A stretch of DNA of 60,039 bases, filler included, from Sphacelaria rigidula (Eukaryota), in assembly GCA_964200075.2 (NCBI GenBank). It is 3 parts of 3 records of this genome, joined end to end, with 100 filler letters (N's around TTAATTAATTAA, not from the genome) between each part and the next. Parts side by side here need not be neighbours in the genome. Positions count along the whole stretch, not along the records: positions 1 to 19,953 come from CAXNAA020000583.1; 2 more parts are not named here. One strand, written 5' to 3'. The position numbers were made by a program, and so were the translations under genes. The notes under the pieces are model-generated. The model was not told the origin of the DNA, searched no databases, and saw nothing but the letters and a program-made list of their open reading frames with translations. Below are positions 1 through 13,000 of the stretch, piece after piece (positions within the stretch are counted from its first letter, which is position 1; each line of letters starts with the position of its first letter).

Positions 1-68
<68 letters not shown>
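1..68. repeat. (CA)n microsatellite at contig start
   Basis: Near-perfect CA run seen directly. Confidence 0.98.
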
Positions 69-70
<2 letters not shown>

Positions 71-341
71 GATTGTGCGGAAACCGGTCCACGCTGAAGT
101 GTTACATTCGCTACATATGTCAAGGAACGAGGTTTGCACTAGGCCGACACCAATGTGCACATGCCTTGTCAGATGGCACAACACGCGGATTGAAACGGAT
201 GCTATTGAGCATCGATTGTGGCAGATGAATGTATCCTGTCGCGCAGCACGAATAGTATACTGTACTTTCAAGACCATGTTTCGATCTCTCGCAAATGGGT
301 ACCTGGGCGCTTAAGTGGGTATTTTCCCCCGTTGTATTCAG

Positions 342-3300
342 GCGGCGCTGACCATGCGCGAAATCGAGGGCACGATGCTGGTGACGTGCGGCATAATACA
401 TCTTGATCCGTCATGGATCAACGTGTTGCTGCGGGCATTGGTGGACCATCGCCTGGTGGATGCGAATCAGGCTGTCTGGTGGACACAGCAGTTGAAGGAG
501 TACTGTGATGAGCGGCACATTCTTTTCGACGAGCTGGACGCCGTGCACAAACGCTTCGTCAGAAACGGGAGGCTCACGAAGGCTTACGTTGGATTTCTGT
601 GGCGGGAAGAATACTCACTCGTCCACACACACGTGTTCGCACGTATGCTGTCTACCCTGGCGATTCACGGTGCAATGTTTCGTTGCACTGTCGTTAACGA
701 TAATCATTGTGGTGACGCCGGTAGTGTTGTCGCTGATGGCGATGAGGAACTCATGGTGCCAACACGCCTGCCGGCTCGTGTCAGCGATGCTTCTCTCCTG
801 CAGTTGGAGACGGCCATTTTTAATGGTGTCAGGATGCAGTTCACTGTGAACATATACAGCAATTACGTGCCTGCTGGGCTTGTCGCTCAATTTCTTGGAA
901 TGTTACATGACAGCGCTAGCCGCATCATTCTCCGTTCGTGCTGGAACAGAGGAGCGGCGTTCATAATTGGAGGCTTGGAATACTTGGTTTGTCTACACGA
1001 TCCCACTGACGCCCTCCCCTGCAGGATTGAGCTTGACATCGCCGGGAGCACCCCCAAGACAGTGAATGGCCCCGGATGTCGTGTGAAGGACGCCTTGCTC
1101 GAGTTACTCGCAAAGCGATATCCCGGACTACAGTTCAAGGCATCGAGGGAGCCCCAGCTCATGTTTGGCGAGCAGGCCTGGCAAGACAGCATGATCAATC
1201 TTCAGGGGCATCTCGAACGTCGAATCTGCGAGGTATACTTTGTGGTGGGGTTGCTTATAAATAAGGATGCGAGGTTCCACCCCCTCGTCGATGCCTTCGG
1301 TTGTGAAGCTCACGCCGCTGTAGAATGGGAGTCATGTGCCACACGTGCTCCATGTGCATGTGAAAGGATCTGCATCGTTGTGCTGGGTAGTGTGTAAAGT
1401 TTATGTGTCCGTTTGCCGTTACCATGGCTTACTTTGTGTAGCACAATGCTTCTGGATCCCGCGTTCCCTGTTGCAGCTTGGTTTAACGTCTTTCATGGAT
1501 GCGGACCGGAAAATGATTGTCGAAAAAGGTTGTTTAAAGAGACGTAGGAGAGCAAGAATGGAAGTAAAGGTTACCCATTCGCAAGGTCGTGCTCATACTA
1601 ACCGATGCGCCCGCGGTATCAATGTATGGCCTCGTTGTGCGTGGGCATGTTGTCGGCACAAGTATAAGTACAAAACTCTTTTGACAACAGTCCAACTAAG
1701 AGTATCTGAGAAACCACGAGTTCGTAGGTCACGATACTAACAAGGGCGCAACGAATACATCCGACACAGCTTGCGACATACCGTCGGCTACTCTGTGGAC
1801 TCTCCGACTTTGCTAAATGGTTCGATGCGAGTTTGCTGGAATGCGCGTGGATTTGCAGGGCTCTTCATAGTACACATGCATGTAGTCAGCCTGTATTGAA
1901 AAACGCTGTCGTGATTTCTTGCTAGCTCCGCCGAACTCTCCTGTGAGAAGCAAGGCTTTCACGGGGCAGAAGGCTCACGGGGAAAATGTTGGCACGGAGC
2001 GGAGTTTCACGTCCCGTTCCGACCCAATGATTTTCTAAGGGCACACTACCCGCCCTGTGGGGTCCCAACAGAATCCTAAATTATTCCCGTCCCACCCCGA
2101 TCCCATCCTGCTTTTTCCCGTTCCCGCCTTATCCTCAGGAGGCGTTGATGGCTGTTTCACTTGAAACTTGTTCGGGCCATGCGGTTACGACCTCAAGGGA
2201 CGTGTCGTTAATTGAACGAAAAGCCCCGTCCAATGTCTCGGAAAAAAGACGATATATTCTGGGGGTATATTCTGATCTTCGCCAACTTTTAGGTCACGTA
2301 TCTTCCAAACACGTGAAATTCACGATCTTCTCTGTTCGGTATACGTGAAGGCGTCGCGTGCACACAATTGTGATATATCAGCTCATATATTTCGAAATAT
2401 TTACCTACATATCTCCTGACGATGGGTCGAGGCGGGACGGATATATCACGATACGGATTACAGTGTCTTGTGCACACGGAACGGAACGCAGCAGGAATTT
2501 CCCGTCCCGTCACGTTTCCCGGTGAAAGCGTATATTTGTATTCACGTGCAAATGTTGTTATTTTCGTCCACTGACGCTTTCCAGGAGGAAAATCTCGAGG
2601 GTGTGCTTCATCGCTTTCTGGACGCCTTCGGGGAAGATGAACCCGGACACGTGGAGCCTCGAGATCCTTTCTTTGATCGAGTGAACACCAACCTTGTTCA
2701 GAGACTGAACGATCTGATTCGCTCAGGTATCGGAGAAGGCACCGGCCAGGAACTTGACAATAGGAAGCACACGCTGCTGAACGATCTTGGAGCGAAGATA
2801 GACGAGATGTCGGTCGGTGGACTCACTAATTCCGAGAGGGAAGTTTTGACATCGGTAGCTTTCAATGTAGCGTGCTTGCGGTGGCCGGTACCTCGCTTGT
2901 CGTGCCTTCTGCCGGAGTACGACCACTACCTCACCGAGGAGGACAGACGCTACACGAACTGGTCTGCTCGACTAGAGACATGGTGCAATGAGCGCCGGAA
3001 AGCAGGCATGGGAACATGCTGTCAAAAGCTTGGACAATTTTGTAGGAGCGAGGAGAAGATCAGCTGGAATTTACGGCTGTTCTTCCTCTGCGCACACGAC
3101 TTGAGTCTGGCGGAGTGTGGTCCTCACGGGCAGGGGTACGTGGTGAAGGACCTGCTGCAGTGGGTGAAGCGGGCAAGGCCGTTGGCAAAGGTGGGGCTGG
3201 TCCTCGGTAGTATCGTACTTAAGACATGCACAGGCTTGTCGATACCTACCGATCAATTCGAGTCCGCTTTCGGAAACACGGTGGGGTGGGGTGTTTCCGA

Positions 3301-6300
3301 CATTTTCGCGGAAGCTGGGAGTGTGGTTGGGGAGGAGTTGACTACGGCGGCCTACCACCTCAACGATGATGAAAAAATGGAGCGACTGAGGGGCTTGCTC
3401 GATACAAAGAAGGTAGGTAAGGCACGTAGGTACTGCAAACGGATTACAAGACTCGTGGATTTACGCTATGTAGAATTAGTGTGCGGTACTTACAGCATTA
3501 CCTCATGCGAAAGGGGCAGTGCGGGAGGGGTGTCGGGGACCCCATCTTCAAGTAGTCGACATTACCTCGAACGATATATTGCCTACACCGCCTTTGCGTA
3601 AGATTCCTCAGCAAAATTCTCAAACGAACAAAACGTTGTGGGCTTGAGTGTAGGAATCGTATATCTACACGTAGTTTGCCCCCAAAGGTAATAATTCGGT
3701 ACAAATTTGCGGAATCGGTACAACATATGACCGATACGGCTTTTTTTCTCGAAGCATTTTGAGCATGTCGATTAGGAAGAGATGCCGCGCGTGTCTCTTC
3801 AGAAACCGGGGGGAGGGGAGCGTGTACTCATGATCTTACATGCCATAGTCGTATGGCCATTGACCTCGCATCCCTTCAAAGCCAGGGCGGAGCACGCCGG
3901 GTTTTTGCGGGACCACGCTCGCTATCAATCACCAAGCGCGAAGCGCCGTGGTGTGTTCGGCAAGTCGTATGAAGTGTGAGCTGCGTCCTGCTATGATTGT
4001 TCGGCCCGGAGCCTACTGGTTATCTTGCATATGGATGCAGCTTCCAATGAGTTACTTCCTTTTCTGGTGTCGCCCCTTCCAGAGGCAGCCACGGGTTCCA
4101 CACTGCCTCATGGGTGTCTCACCGAGAACACGGGGGTGGGGGCGGGGGCGCCGGCGTACTCATTTGTTTCTTGCCTTACTCATTCGACCACTGACCACGC
4201 ATCCATTTCGAGACGGGGCACCGCTTCTACTCCTAATAGAGACAGCTGCAACATTTGAGCCCTCATGACGTTTTTTCCATACATTACACAAACCCTTTTC
4301 TATATATATCTTATCCCGTTCCTGTTTCGCCGTCTGCGGCCACCATCGATCTCCTAGTTCTGCGATCGTTTTCTCGCTACTGTCTGTCTAGTGCATCAAA
4401 CGATTCCATGACACTTTCATTTCAACCCCACATTCCCTCCTCTAACACTTCTAGCTCCTGCTTGTATAGTGCACATTGTGTCACTATATAGGTTCCACTC
4501 TCCATTGCTTTGCCACATGCGTTTGCATCTACTCTCCTCCACCCGACCACGGGTATACCTCCATTTTCTGGCAGGTCCCGGCCACCCACTCGAAATCGCA
4601 GTTACAGCTTTTTCGCAAAGGTCATTGGGCCATGTAGATATGTTTTCATCCCTTTTCCTCTCTCGACCCCCCTCTTTATCTTCAGATAAAACTGCATTTG
4701 ACAAATTCGGGATGGAGTTGTTTTTGACGATGATAACCCGGAGAATAACATCTTCGTATCCACACCAAATCTTTGAAATATAGTTTCACTCCTTCACCTA
4801 CTGGTAGCTATTGCCGGCTTCTACACGCCATACAAATTTGTATCCTGATAACCCACATGTTGAGGTCCCAGGTGAAATATGCTTTTGGGCAATTTAGATT
4901 ATCCGATCTGATCGCTGAATTTCCACAAAAATGGTTTTTCACCTAGGATCCCAACATTCCGGTTATTGAAATCCAAATTTGTATGGCGTGTAGTAGTAGT
5001 CGATAGCTACTAGCAAGTTAAGAAATTGAACCATATTTCGAAGGTTCGGTGGATAAATGTATATATATATATATATTCCGGGTTTTTCATCCCCAATAAA
5101 ATAATCCGTTTCCAATCTGTATAATCCCGTTTTCAGGTGCTCTTCTTCGTCTAATTTCCGTCTTACAGCTTGTTTTCCCTTTATTTGTATCATGCCTCTT
5201 ACCATCGTCGGTACTCCCCATTTTCACCTGCGGGCATTCTCTCGTCTTCGTGTTCTCCTATGTCCTTCCATACTTTATCGACTACGCTATCCCACCTTAT
5301 TCCAGTCTTCCCATACGCTACCCTTTCCACATGCCCCTATCAACTACGGCTGCCGACCTCTGTTTTGGCGTGTTCCTTCCGTTATGTTGCAATTTTAATG
5401 TATCATCTCTCTGTTTTTTCTCGAGTATGTACTTTCCCAATTCTGCTCTCAATGCTGCGTTGCTCGTCGATTTGAGCATCCAAGTATTTCCTCAGCTGCT
5501 ATCATCTGCGATGTCTGCAGTCTTTTCGCCAACTTAGGGTTCCCTTCCCACACATTTCTTACATATTATAGCTCCGGTACAATAACATTCTTCACTATAT
5601 ATGTTAATCCTGATAGCGATCTGTGAGTGTCTCAGGATCACGCCGATCTTGCTTACGTGCGTCTTACCCTTTCTATTTTTCCACCTAAAGCTATGTGTGC
5701 ATCCAAAGAAAACGATCTCGATATATCTACGCCAAGCTATCTATACTGGTCTACGATCGACAACTCCCCTCCTCCTCGTGTAATTTTTACCCCTACGGAG
5801 GGCGGGAGGGTGTACTCATGATCGTGCATGCCAGACTCATATGACCGTTGACCTCGCACCCCTACAAAGCCGCGACGCACAACGCCCGGGTTTCGCCCGG
5901 ACCAGGTTCCCAATCAATCACTAAGCGCGAAGCGCCGTGAGGTGTTCGGCGAGTCGCGTGAGGGGTAAGCTGAATCCTGCTAGGATTATTTGGTCCGAAG
6001 CGTACTAATCATCCTGCGTATGGACGACATCCTCGATGAGTTAATTCATATTCTGGTGTCGACGCTTCCAAAGATAGTAATGAGTTCTACACTGCCTTGT
6101 GGGCATCTCACCGTTTGACCACCGCGGAGTACGATCATCCCCTTAGCGCGGAGTTGAGGTTATTCACTCCGCACAATATCATCTAGCTCGACCACCGTCA
6201 TGTTTAGCGTAAGGGAACGCAAGCGAAAGGGAAAAAGACAACCGGTCTGCCTCGCTTACGCCGTAAGTGGTGTGTTTCACAGGGCCGTTGCCAGTGGACG

Positions 6301-7615
6301 CCAACTCTCAAACGGTAAGAGGATGGTGCATCATCACCTCGCGCGGCCCATACGCAAAAGAGAGCTTGTCCACATATTTACACCGTACCCTAGTTACACG
6401 CTTGCAGACGTACACCAGATCTGATCATTCTCGTTCGTAGATGCCTCTCAGAGGCGGTGCTCCGCTCGAGTCGTTGCCTGTTTAAGACAAGGCCCAACAT
6501 GGGGCATCCTCTCTTCGCACTCCACCACCCTGAAGAAAAACCCCACTCCAACGTTTTTTTGCGCTGCATTCAAATACGTTTTTCCAGCATCACAATCCCG
6601 TTTTCCCTACAACTCAGTCGGTCTACAAGTACACGGTGAGACTATCAGCCAGACTGTGTGCATCAGTGCTTCGTGCGCATTGTCGTACTGCTTTTTTTGG
6701 TTACCCTGAAGTTTTCACATGCCCAGCAACTGACAGCCCAGTCGAAAGGTAAGTTTTGAAGATTAGGCGGACATGCAGAGTGGGCACACAGCAGTTGTTA
6801 CGCATGACTGATGGATCTCGTTCTTTCCTATAACTGCTTTGTTTCCACCTCTTGAGCATCACCGTGTTCGGTAGCAGCAGTCACTACTCGAGATCCTCCA
6901 CAACCCGGCTTGCGTCTAGCCAATATACCGGCTTTCCCTGCAACGCAAGTCGAGTTGAAGTCCCTGCACCATCAAACTATTTGTCCCTGTGAATTATCAC
7001 TCACTTGCAGCGTTTCGACACGTGTGGCGGTCATGCTGTCCGCCGGTTGGTTGCAGTCCAGACCTCTCTCACTTCCTGATCGAAAGCTGATCGATTTGAA
7101 GGATGAATTTAAGAACACGGTGCACTGGTATCCCCATATCTTGGGTGCTCGCTTGTTCCATGGCACTTGACGAGTCGGATGATCTCGGATTGCATGCAAT
7201 TGATGTGAGTTGGTCCCTGTTGAAACGTGCTCCCCGTCTAGATCTAATAAAGCTCTCAAGTAGCGACGAATACATCCCCCGGTCGTGAATTACAGCACGA
7301 TTTTCCATGAAACAATTCTTCACCTATCGAAGTATCGTGCGGTCGGTGTACAATTCGCCGTTGTCCTCGTCCATCCTTGCCATGCAGGTGAATCCCTGCC
7401 CGGCAAATGGATTTGAGTACGACCGGCTCACGGAAGCAATTAAGAGTTTCGAGCTTGAGGGAATGAAGGCATACAACGGAGTCACGGCATTCCGCCGTTT
7501 CGACGACGCGATGAAGTTTGTCGACAAGCACGGGCATGGAGTTGAGTGGGCTTGGGTCAGGACTCGCAATGTTGGCGCGTTTAGACTTGACATACCAGCG
7601 TTGCATCACCCGTGA
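342..7615 (+). CDS. ROCO-family (Roc-COR / LRR-GTPase type) protein, 3' part; 5' exons lie outside the contig
   Basis: Phase-0 exons 342-1232, 2585-3412 and 7388-7615 (TGA), with GT-AG introns. COR-like motifs IHLDPSWINVLLRALVDHRL, LMVPTRLP, YVPAGLVAQFLG, CWNRG. C-terminal LRLFFLCAHDLSLAECGPHGQGYVVK..WVK and final EWAWVRTRN resemble brown-algal ROCO proteins as I recall them. Confidence 0.8.
1955..2529. mobile_element. Probable MITE-like element in ROCO intron
   Basis: Short inverted ends GCTTTCACGGG / CCCGGTGAAAGC; interior rich in CCCGTCCC/GGGACGG motifs; no coding capacity. Confidence 0.45.
3820..4125 (-). mobile_element. LINE 3'-end / SINE-like repeat, family B copy 1
   Basis: Aligns by eye to 5808-6113 and 38169-38410. 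Minus strand ends in a GCEVNGH..ACKIMST-like reading followed by a C-rich tail. Confidence 0.7.
4153..5770 (-). mobile_element. Degenerate LINE 3' fragment, family A
   Basis: Frameshifted remnants resemble a brown-algal LINE ORF C-terminus (KQAVRRKLDEEEHLK; TYLHGPM-like; SRSGAPSRNGCVVSG-like end). Its 3' end matches 43070-43135 and 46652-46722. The 5' boundary is approximate. Confidence 0.65.
4801..5013. mobile_element. MITE-like fold-back nested in the LINE fragment
   Basis: About 50-bp inverted arms including a perfect CTACACGCCATACAAATTTG / CAAATTTGTATGGCGTGTAG pair. Confidence 0.7.
5808..6113 (-). mobile_element. LINE 3'-end / SINE-like repeat, family B copy 2
   Basis: Diverged direct repeat of 3820-4125 with the same end points. 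Confidence 0.7.
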
Positions 7616-8137
7616 AAACTCTACAACTTGCCACTCATATTCACTGAAATGATGGTGCGTATGAGGGGTAGTATATGATCGCTACCATGAGACTTTGAAT
7701 ATCAAATCTTGACAAGCATATTTTGCCCTGGCTGGCGCGTGTTGGGGAATTGCTTGGGCTTCAATATAGGGGGAGGTCTGAGTTCAAATGGGCATGTGGC
7801 GCCAGAAGCAAGGGCGGATCGGAGCGCTAGTGGTGCAGAATTTAGCGCGACGTGAATATTTCAGCAGCAATATGCTCATCTCTGCCGGATATGGGGGTTT
7901 AATTCTTAGCAGAAATTGTAGTACAGTCTGTATTCTTAGGTGTATCTGATTCCAGGCGCCTAAAACATACGGGCGTGAGGAGAAAACAAAATGACGTATG
8001 TCAACGCGTCGAGGGAACCTGATCTAACCCTCGGTACAAAAAGGTCGGAAATCTAGTGAGGGAGCATGGATTGATCGCTTAAAAGCTTGGACTCGTCTTG
8101 ATGAAGGGGAGGTTTGAGTATACGACAAAGACACAAG

Positions 8138-8361
8138 GTGGCGACTGTAATGCGTGGGGGGACTGCGTGCTTAAGGGACCGCATCATGGTTCAAAACACC
8201 TTAGGATCGACGTTTTTCAGAACCAATCGGGCCAGTCCCGGCAGGTATCACGCCCGTGACCCTATCCCCGATACTACCCCTACCCCTAACCCTGACCACA
8301 GGGGTGTTTCAACTCCGATGCGGTCCCCTAAGCACGCGGTCCTCCCACGCATTACAGCCAC
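8138..8361. mobile_element. MITE with ~45-bp terminal inverted repeats
   Basis: CTGTAATGCGTGGGGGGACTGCGTGCTTAAGGGACCGCATC versus GATGCGGTCCCCTAAGCACGCGGTCCTCCCACGCATTACAG; internal degenerate CCCTAACCCT motif. Confidence 0.75.
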
Positions 8362-10094
8362 GAGCGAAGCGTGTAGTGCGACGTTTTGATTGATTGATTG
8401 CCGCACTTTAACTGACTCCCCAGGGGTCCAGCCGTGGTCTCATGATTGACGTACTGAAGAAAAACGGAATTCAAACACGCTCTAAGGAAAAAAAGACTTG
8501 TTATATATTTTGTGCTTTCAGCGGGCGGGCCTGTGGTTGGCGTGAGCAGAACGGTTGCCACACGATACAGGTCGGCGTTATTTGTGTTTTCGAATGATCG
8601 TGTCGATCAGATGTTCATGTAGGAACAACAGCCCCTTGCTGTGTGCTCAAACAGCCTACTGCTCTCTTGCAGGGTTATGTGATGGGGATCTGTAGTTGCT
8701 GAGTTACTGTTTCTGGGTACAGACCGGCGGGTATTAGAAATGTATATCTTGGGTGAATAATATGAGCCGCATGTGGGCCAACCATCCGCTAGCTGTTCAG
8801 TTCTACGAGTACGTCGCTGCTCGCTAACTTGTTGGATGACGCGGATTGTAAGCGTTGAGCGATATGATATATGTGTGCGTAATTGATGCTTCAAATAGGA
8901 TCGTAGATGAGTTATGACTTGAGTGAGGACAGGTTCAGGGTCGATTTGTCATGTCTTTTTCACAAACCCACAAGCCCCCACGATATCACTCGCTCCACAC
9001 GTGGACAGACAGCACGCTGTAGGACGTGCTGCACAGGGTTCTTCGTAGTCTTTGTGAGAACCTCTTTACGGCAGTTGCAAACTCTAGTACCTCTACCAGC
9101 ATTTTTTGCAGCGTTTTTCTCGACACCCTGTAAGAAACACTGTGGAGAGGCACTTCCAATTTGGAAATTCTCAATTATTTTGTTACAAAACCTGTATTTG
9201 TTTTATTTCGAGGAGCTGTTCGGATATATATCCTCTCTTTGCCCGATTTCCAATCGGGCAAAAAGAGGATTTACTTCAAACAGCTTCTTCTGCTACACAA
9301 ATCCCATACACACTGGCAGATTTGGAATTTGAACAGGAGAAAGAAGCTCGAAACCTCACTTTGCCCTCCAATTTATCCGGAAATCGGGCAAAAAGAGAAC
9401 TTTCTGCAAACAGCCGCAGCTATGCAAGTCCCGCATACTGCACGGTAGTCAGCGGATGGGGGCCGAGATGCAGCAAAAATTGTTGAGGATATTTCATCCT
9501 CTTGCCCGCCAATTCATATATCACCTGGGTTGAAGGATAGAATTCTCGACAGCTTCCGCTGAACACAAATCCCACACACTGCTTACGAGTGTATGTCCAC
9601 ACGCCCGTGCTTCGAAGCGAGGCCTCAGTTGCAGGCGTGAAAAAGATGCTGGATTGTTGGTGTATACCTCTCACATGTATGCACATAGCTCGTGAAAACC
9701 CAGTCGTCCAATGTCTACCAAAACAAATGAAATGACTGTTTAGATCAAAAACGCTAAAAACTCACTTAATCATGCTTCTGTTTATGAAGATTTTTGCTTG
9801 ATATCTACTAGAAGCACAAAAATACACAACAAGGTAACAGCGAATCTTAGGTGGTTCAATGTGGACTTCGTTGTACATCCGACCACAAGAGTGCGTGTTC
9901 AATACCTACCACTGTCATAGTTCGACCATTTGTTTCTGCCAGTACCGTGCCCGCGCTGTAAGGTGGAGCATTTTGTATGTGCGTTATAACACTATACATT
10001 CAACCGTTCCGATATCTGCGCGGTACATTCGTACTGGGCATCTGATGCGGACTCCTTCCGTGGTCACAGGCTAGCTACCTATGATGACATATGG

Positions 10095-13000
10095 AGAAAT
10101 TAAACAAAACCGAAAAACGTCCTGTATTAAAACTCACAAGACGTGATACCAGCGAAACAGGGATACACAATAATGAAGAAAGATAATACATACGGTTAAC
10201 CTAAACAAATCCGGTCCCGCAGGTGGCCATTCGGTCTTCAGGGGGTGGCACCCGGCTTTCCGACTCGGCGCGCGCGGCCAAGTAGAATTGAACATCCGAC
10301 TACGGGCGAGACTCGAATCCCCAAATACCACCAACCAAAGAACCAAGAATCGCAAGGTTCCATCTTTCGACTTCTCGAGGGACAGCCATACGTACAAGCA
10401 TACCAGGTGTATCAAGACAAGCACTGCATGACATAACGACACCCCTCATCGGGGGGGTTCACCCCCCTCCCACCCCCTTCTCTGGACCGTCGTCATTCCT
10501 GTGCTATGTGGGCTTCGTTGGCCTTCCGTCTAATCGCACGCAGTCGGCTGGCCTCCTCTTCATTTCTGTGCCAGGAGGTCATGAACCTCTCCGCTCCCTG
10601 CAGCACTCCCGCGTGCCTCGGCAACCCCCCCCCACTCATTCGCTGCTGAGGTCCATAGGACGCGGTCAATTCCGAACGTTTGGTGGTTATCGTCCGTAGA
10701 GCCGTCTGCGGCTCCGAAAGCGTGGAGATGGTCCCTCAGGCACTTCAGCCAGTGTTGTTCCGAATGTTATTCGCTTCGGTAATCGTCCGTCCGGTTGTCT
10801 AGCTAGGGCTCCTGCGAACAGCAGTCGGCGTTGCCGGACGGTGGCTTCGGCACTTTGGCATCCGGTTCTCCTAAGGGCCTGTGCAGACGACAGCTGTCGG
10901 TATGTGCCGCGCACTCAGCGGTACCTGATGACTCGCAAGAGGAGCTCGTAGTGCACCTTTCTCAGCAAGTCGTAGCGTTCGTGGCGCGGGGCCCACGCCA
11001 TGCACCCGTATAGTAGGGTCTCCTTCGCCTCCGCTTTCAGCAGCTGTACCTTGAGTTTCCATGGTGCTTTCGGTCGGTCGAAAATCTCCGGGGAGAACTT
11101 TCTGACGCCAGCCCACGCTGCTCTGCTCCGATTGTTGACGAGTCTGCCCAAATATCGGAAAGTACTATTCTGGGTGTGTTTCTTGCCCGCTGCTTTGATG
11201 ATCAGCGTTGGGGGAGATGGTGTTGATGACTCCCTCTTCTTCGGTGCTTGCCTCGGCACTCGCATCAAGAGAGTCTCCGTATTTTTCTCCGATACCGTGA
11301 GTCCAAAGGCCCCAAACATGTCCACTATGATGTTCATCATCCTCGCCAGTCCGTCGGGGGATCTCGAGATGACGCCGGCATCGTCGGCATACAGCATTCC
11401 CCGCACCGCTCTCCGTCCACGTTCCAGCGGTGTCTCCGCCCCCCTTCCCGTCTCCTCATCGAGATATACCATGTCCTTGATTATGATATCATCCTCGCTG
11501 AATCGCACTAGGACAATCTCGAGCACTACCGCGAAAAAGATGTTGAACAGCAGGGGAAACAGCACACATCCTTGCCGCAGTCTCTACGTGACTTCAAACT
11601 ACTCCGAGAGCTCCCCATCGTCCATGCGTACGCGGGCCTGCATACCGTCGTGGAATTGGCGGATAACTGCTATAATCTCATCCGGAACACCAGCTCGGGC
11701 CAGTACCTGCCACGAAAGCTCTTGGTTGACCGAGTCATATCCCTTCTGGAGGTCGACGAAGCACATGTACAGCAGTATTCTCCGCCGCCGTCCCAGCTGC
11801 TGGAGTCGGTGCACTACGAACAGCATGTCGACAGTGGATCGGTCAGGTCGCAAGCCGCACTGTTCCTTTGGTAATATCCCGTGCGTTTCGCAGAAGTCCC
11901 TGAGACGATTGGCCACTATATTTACGAGCACTTTCCCTGCGTACAATACCAGAGAGATCCCCTTGTAGTTATTGCAGTTGGACCGGTCCGATTTCTTGCT
12001 CAGCACCTTGATGGTTGCATCTTTCCACTCCTGCGGGACCTCCCCTTCGTTCCATATCTCGACGAGAATGGTATGGAAGCGTTCGAGGACGATGGGCTCG
12101 GCGCGGCCGTCGGTCTTGAGTAGCTCCACAGGAAGGGAGTCGTGTCCTGACGCTTTCCAGTTGTGCATGCCCCGGGCTGCTCGTCTGGTTTCCTCCAGTG
12201 TTGGTGCTGCCCCGAGCGGTACTGAATCCCCGGTGGTTGACGCCGCCGGTCGCTGCTTCACCTTCTCGATGATGGCTGGGCTCAGCGTGGGCGATCTGGC
12301 GTTGAGCAGGGTGCGGAAGAATCTCGCCCACCGTTTAAGGATGATAATTTAGTGCCTCAGTAGGACGCCGTTCTCGTCCTTTATGAACCGCTGCCCCCCG
12401 GATTGTACTCTTCCACCATGACCCACCGATCTCTTGAGGTGTTTATACAGCCCTCTCATGTCGACATCCTTGTAGATCGCTTCTAGCCTTGCCATATACC
12501 TCTCCAGATGTGCATGGATACCGTCGTCTATTGCTGTACGCACGTTCTTACACGCGGCTCTGAGTGCTCTCCACGATGCTGGGGTCCGATGATGCTTCAT
12601 CAGTTGGCGTGCCTCCCGTCGTTTGGCGAGCGCTGCCTCCACTGTTGCTCCCTTTCCGAGGTTTTCACACCATTCCGGCATACGTGGTACCCCTGCCTCC
12701 TCCGGGTGTACTGTCCGCGCTGCTTCGAGGATAGCTTCGGTAAACTCCTTCGCCGCCGCCGGTGCGATGGTAATTGGCTGGTATTTGTGCTCGGCGAGGT
12801 TATGTAGGAAACTCTCGGTTACGTGCCACCTTGACATTCCGGTCTGCAGCTGCTGTCGACTGAATTGCCGCTGCTTCGACTTGGTGCGTACTTGGTGCTT
12901 GTGGGCAAGGTGGCCACCGAGGCCGACAGTGGCCACCACCATGTTGTGGTCCGAGTCCGCTTTAGCCGAGAGTGCGAGTTGGGGGTGTACAAATACGTTG

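Noticed and set aside
11000..11968. 322-aa plus-strand ORF
   Set aside because: Antisense shadow of the LINE reverse transcriptase.
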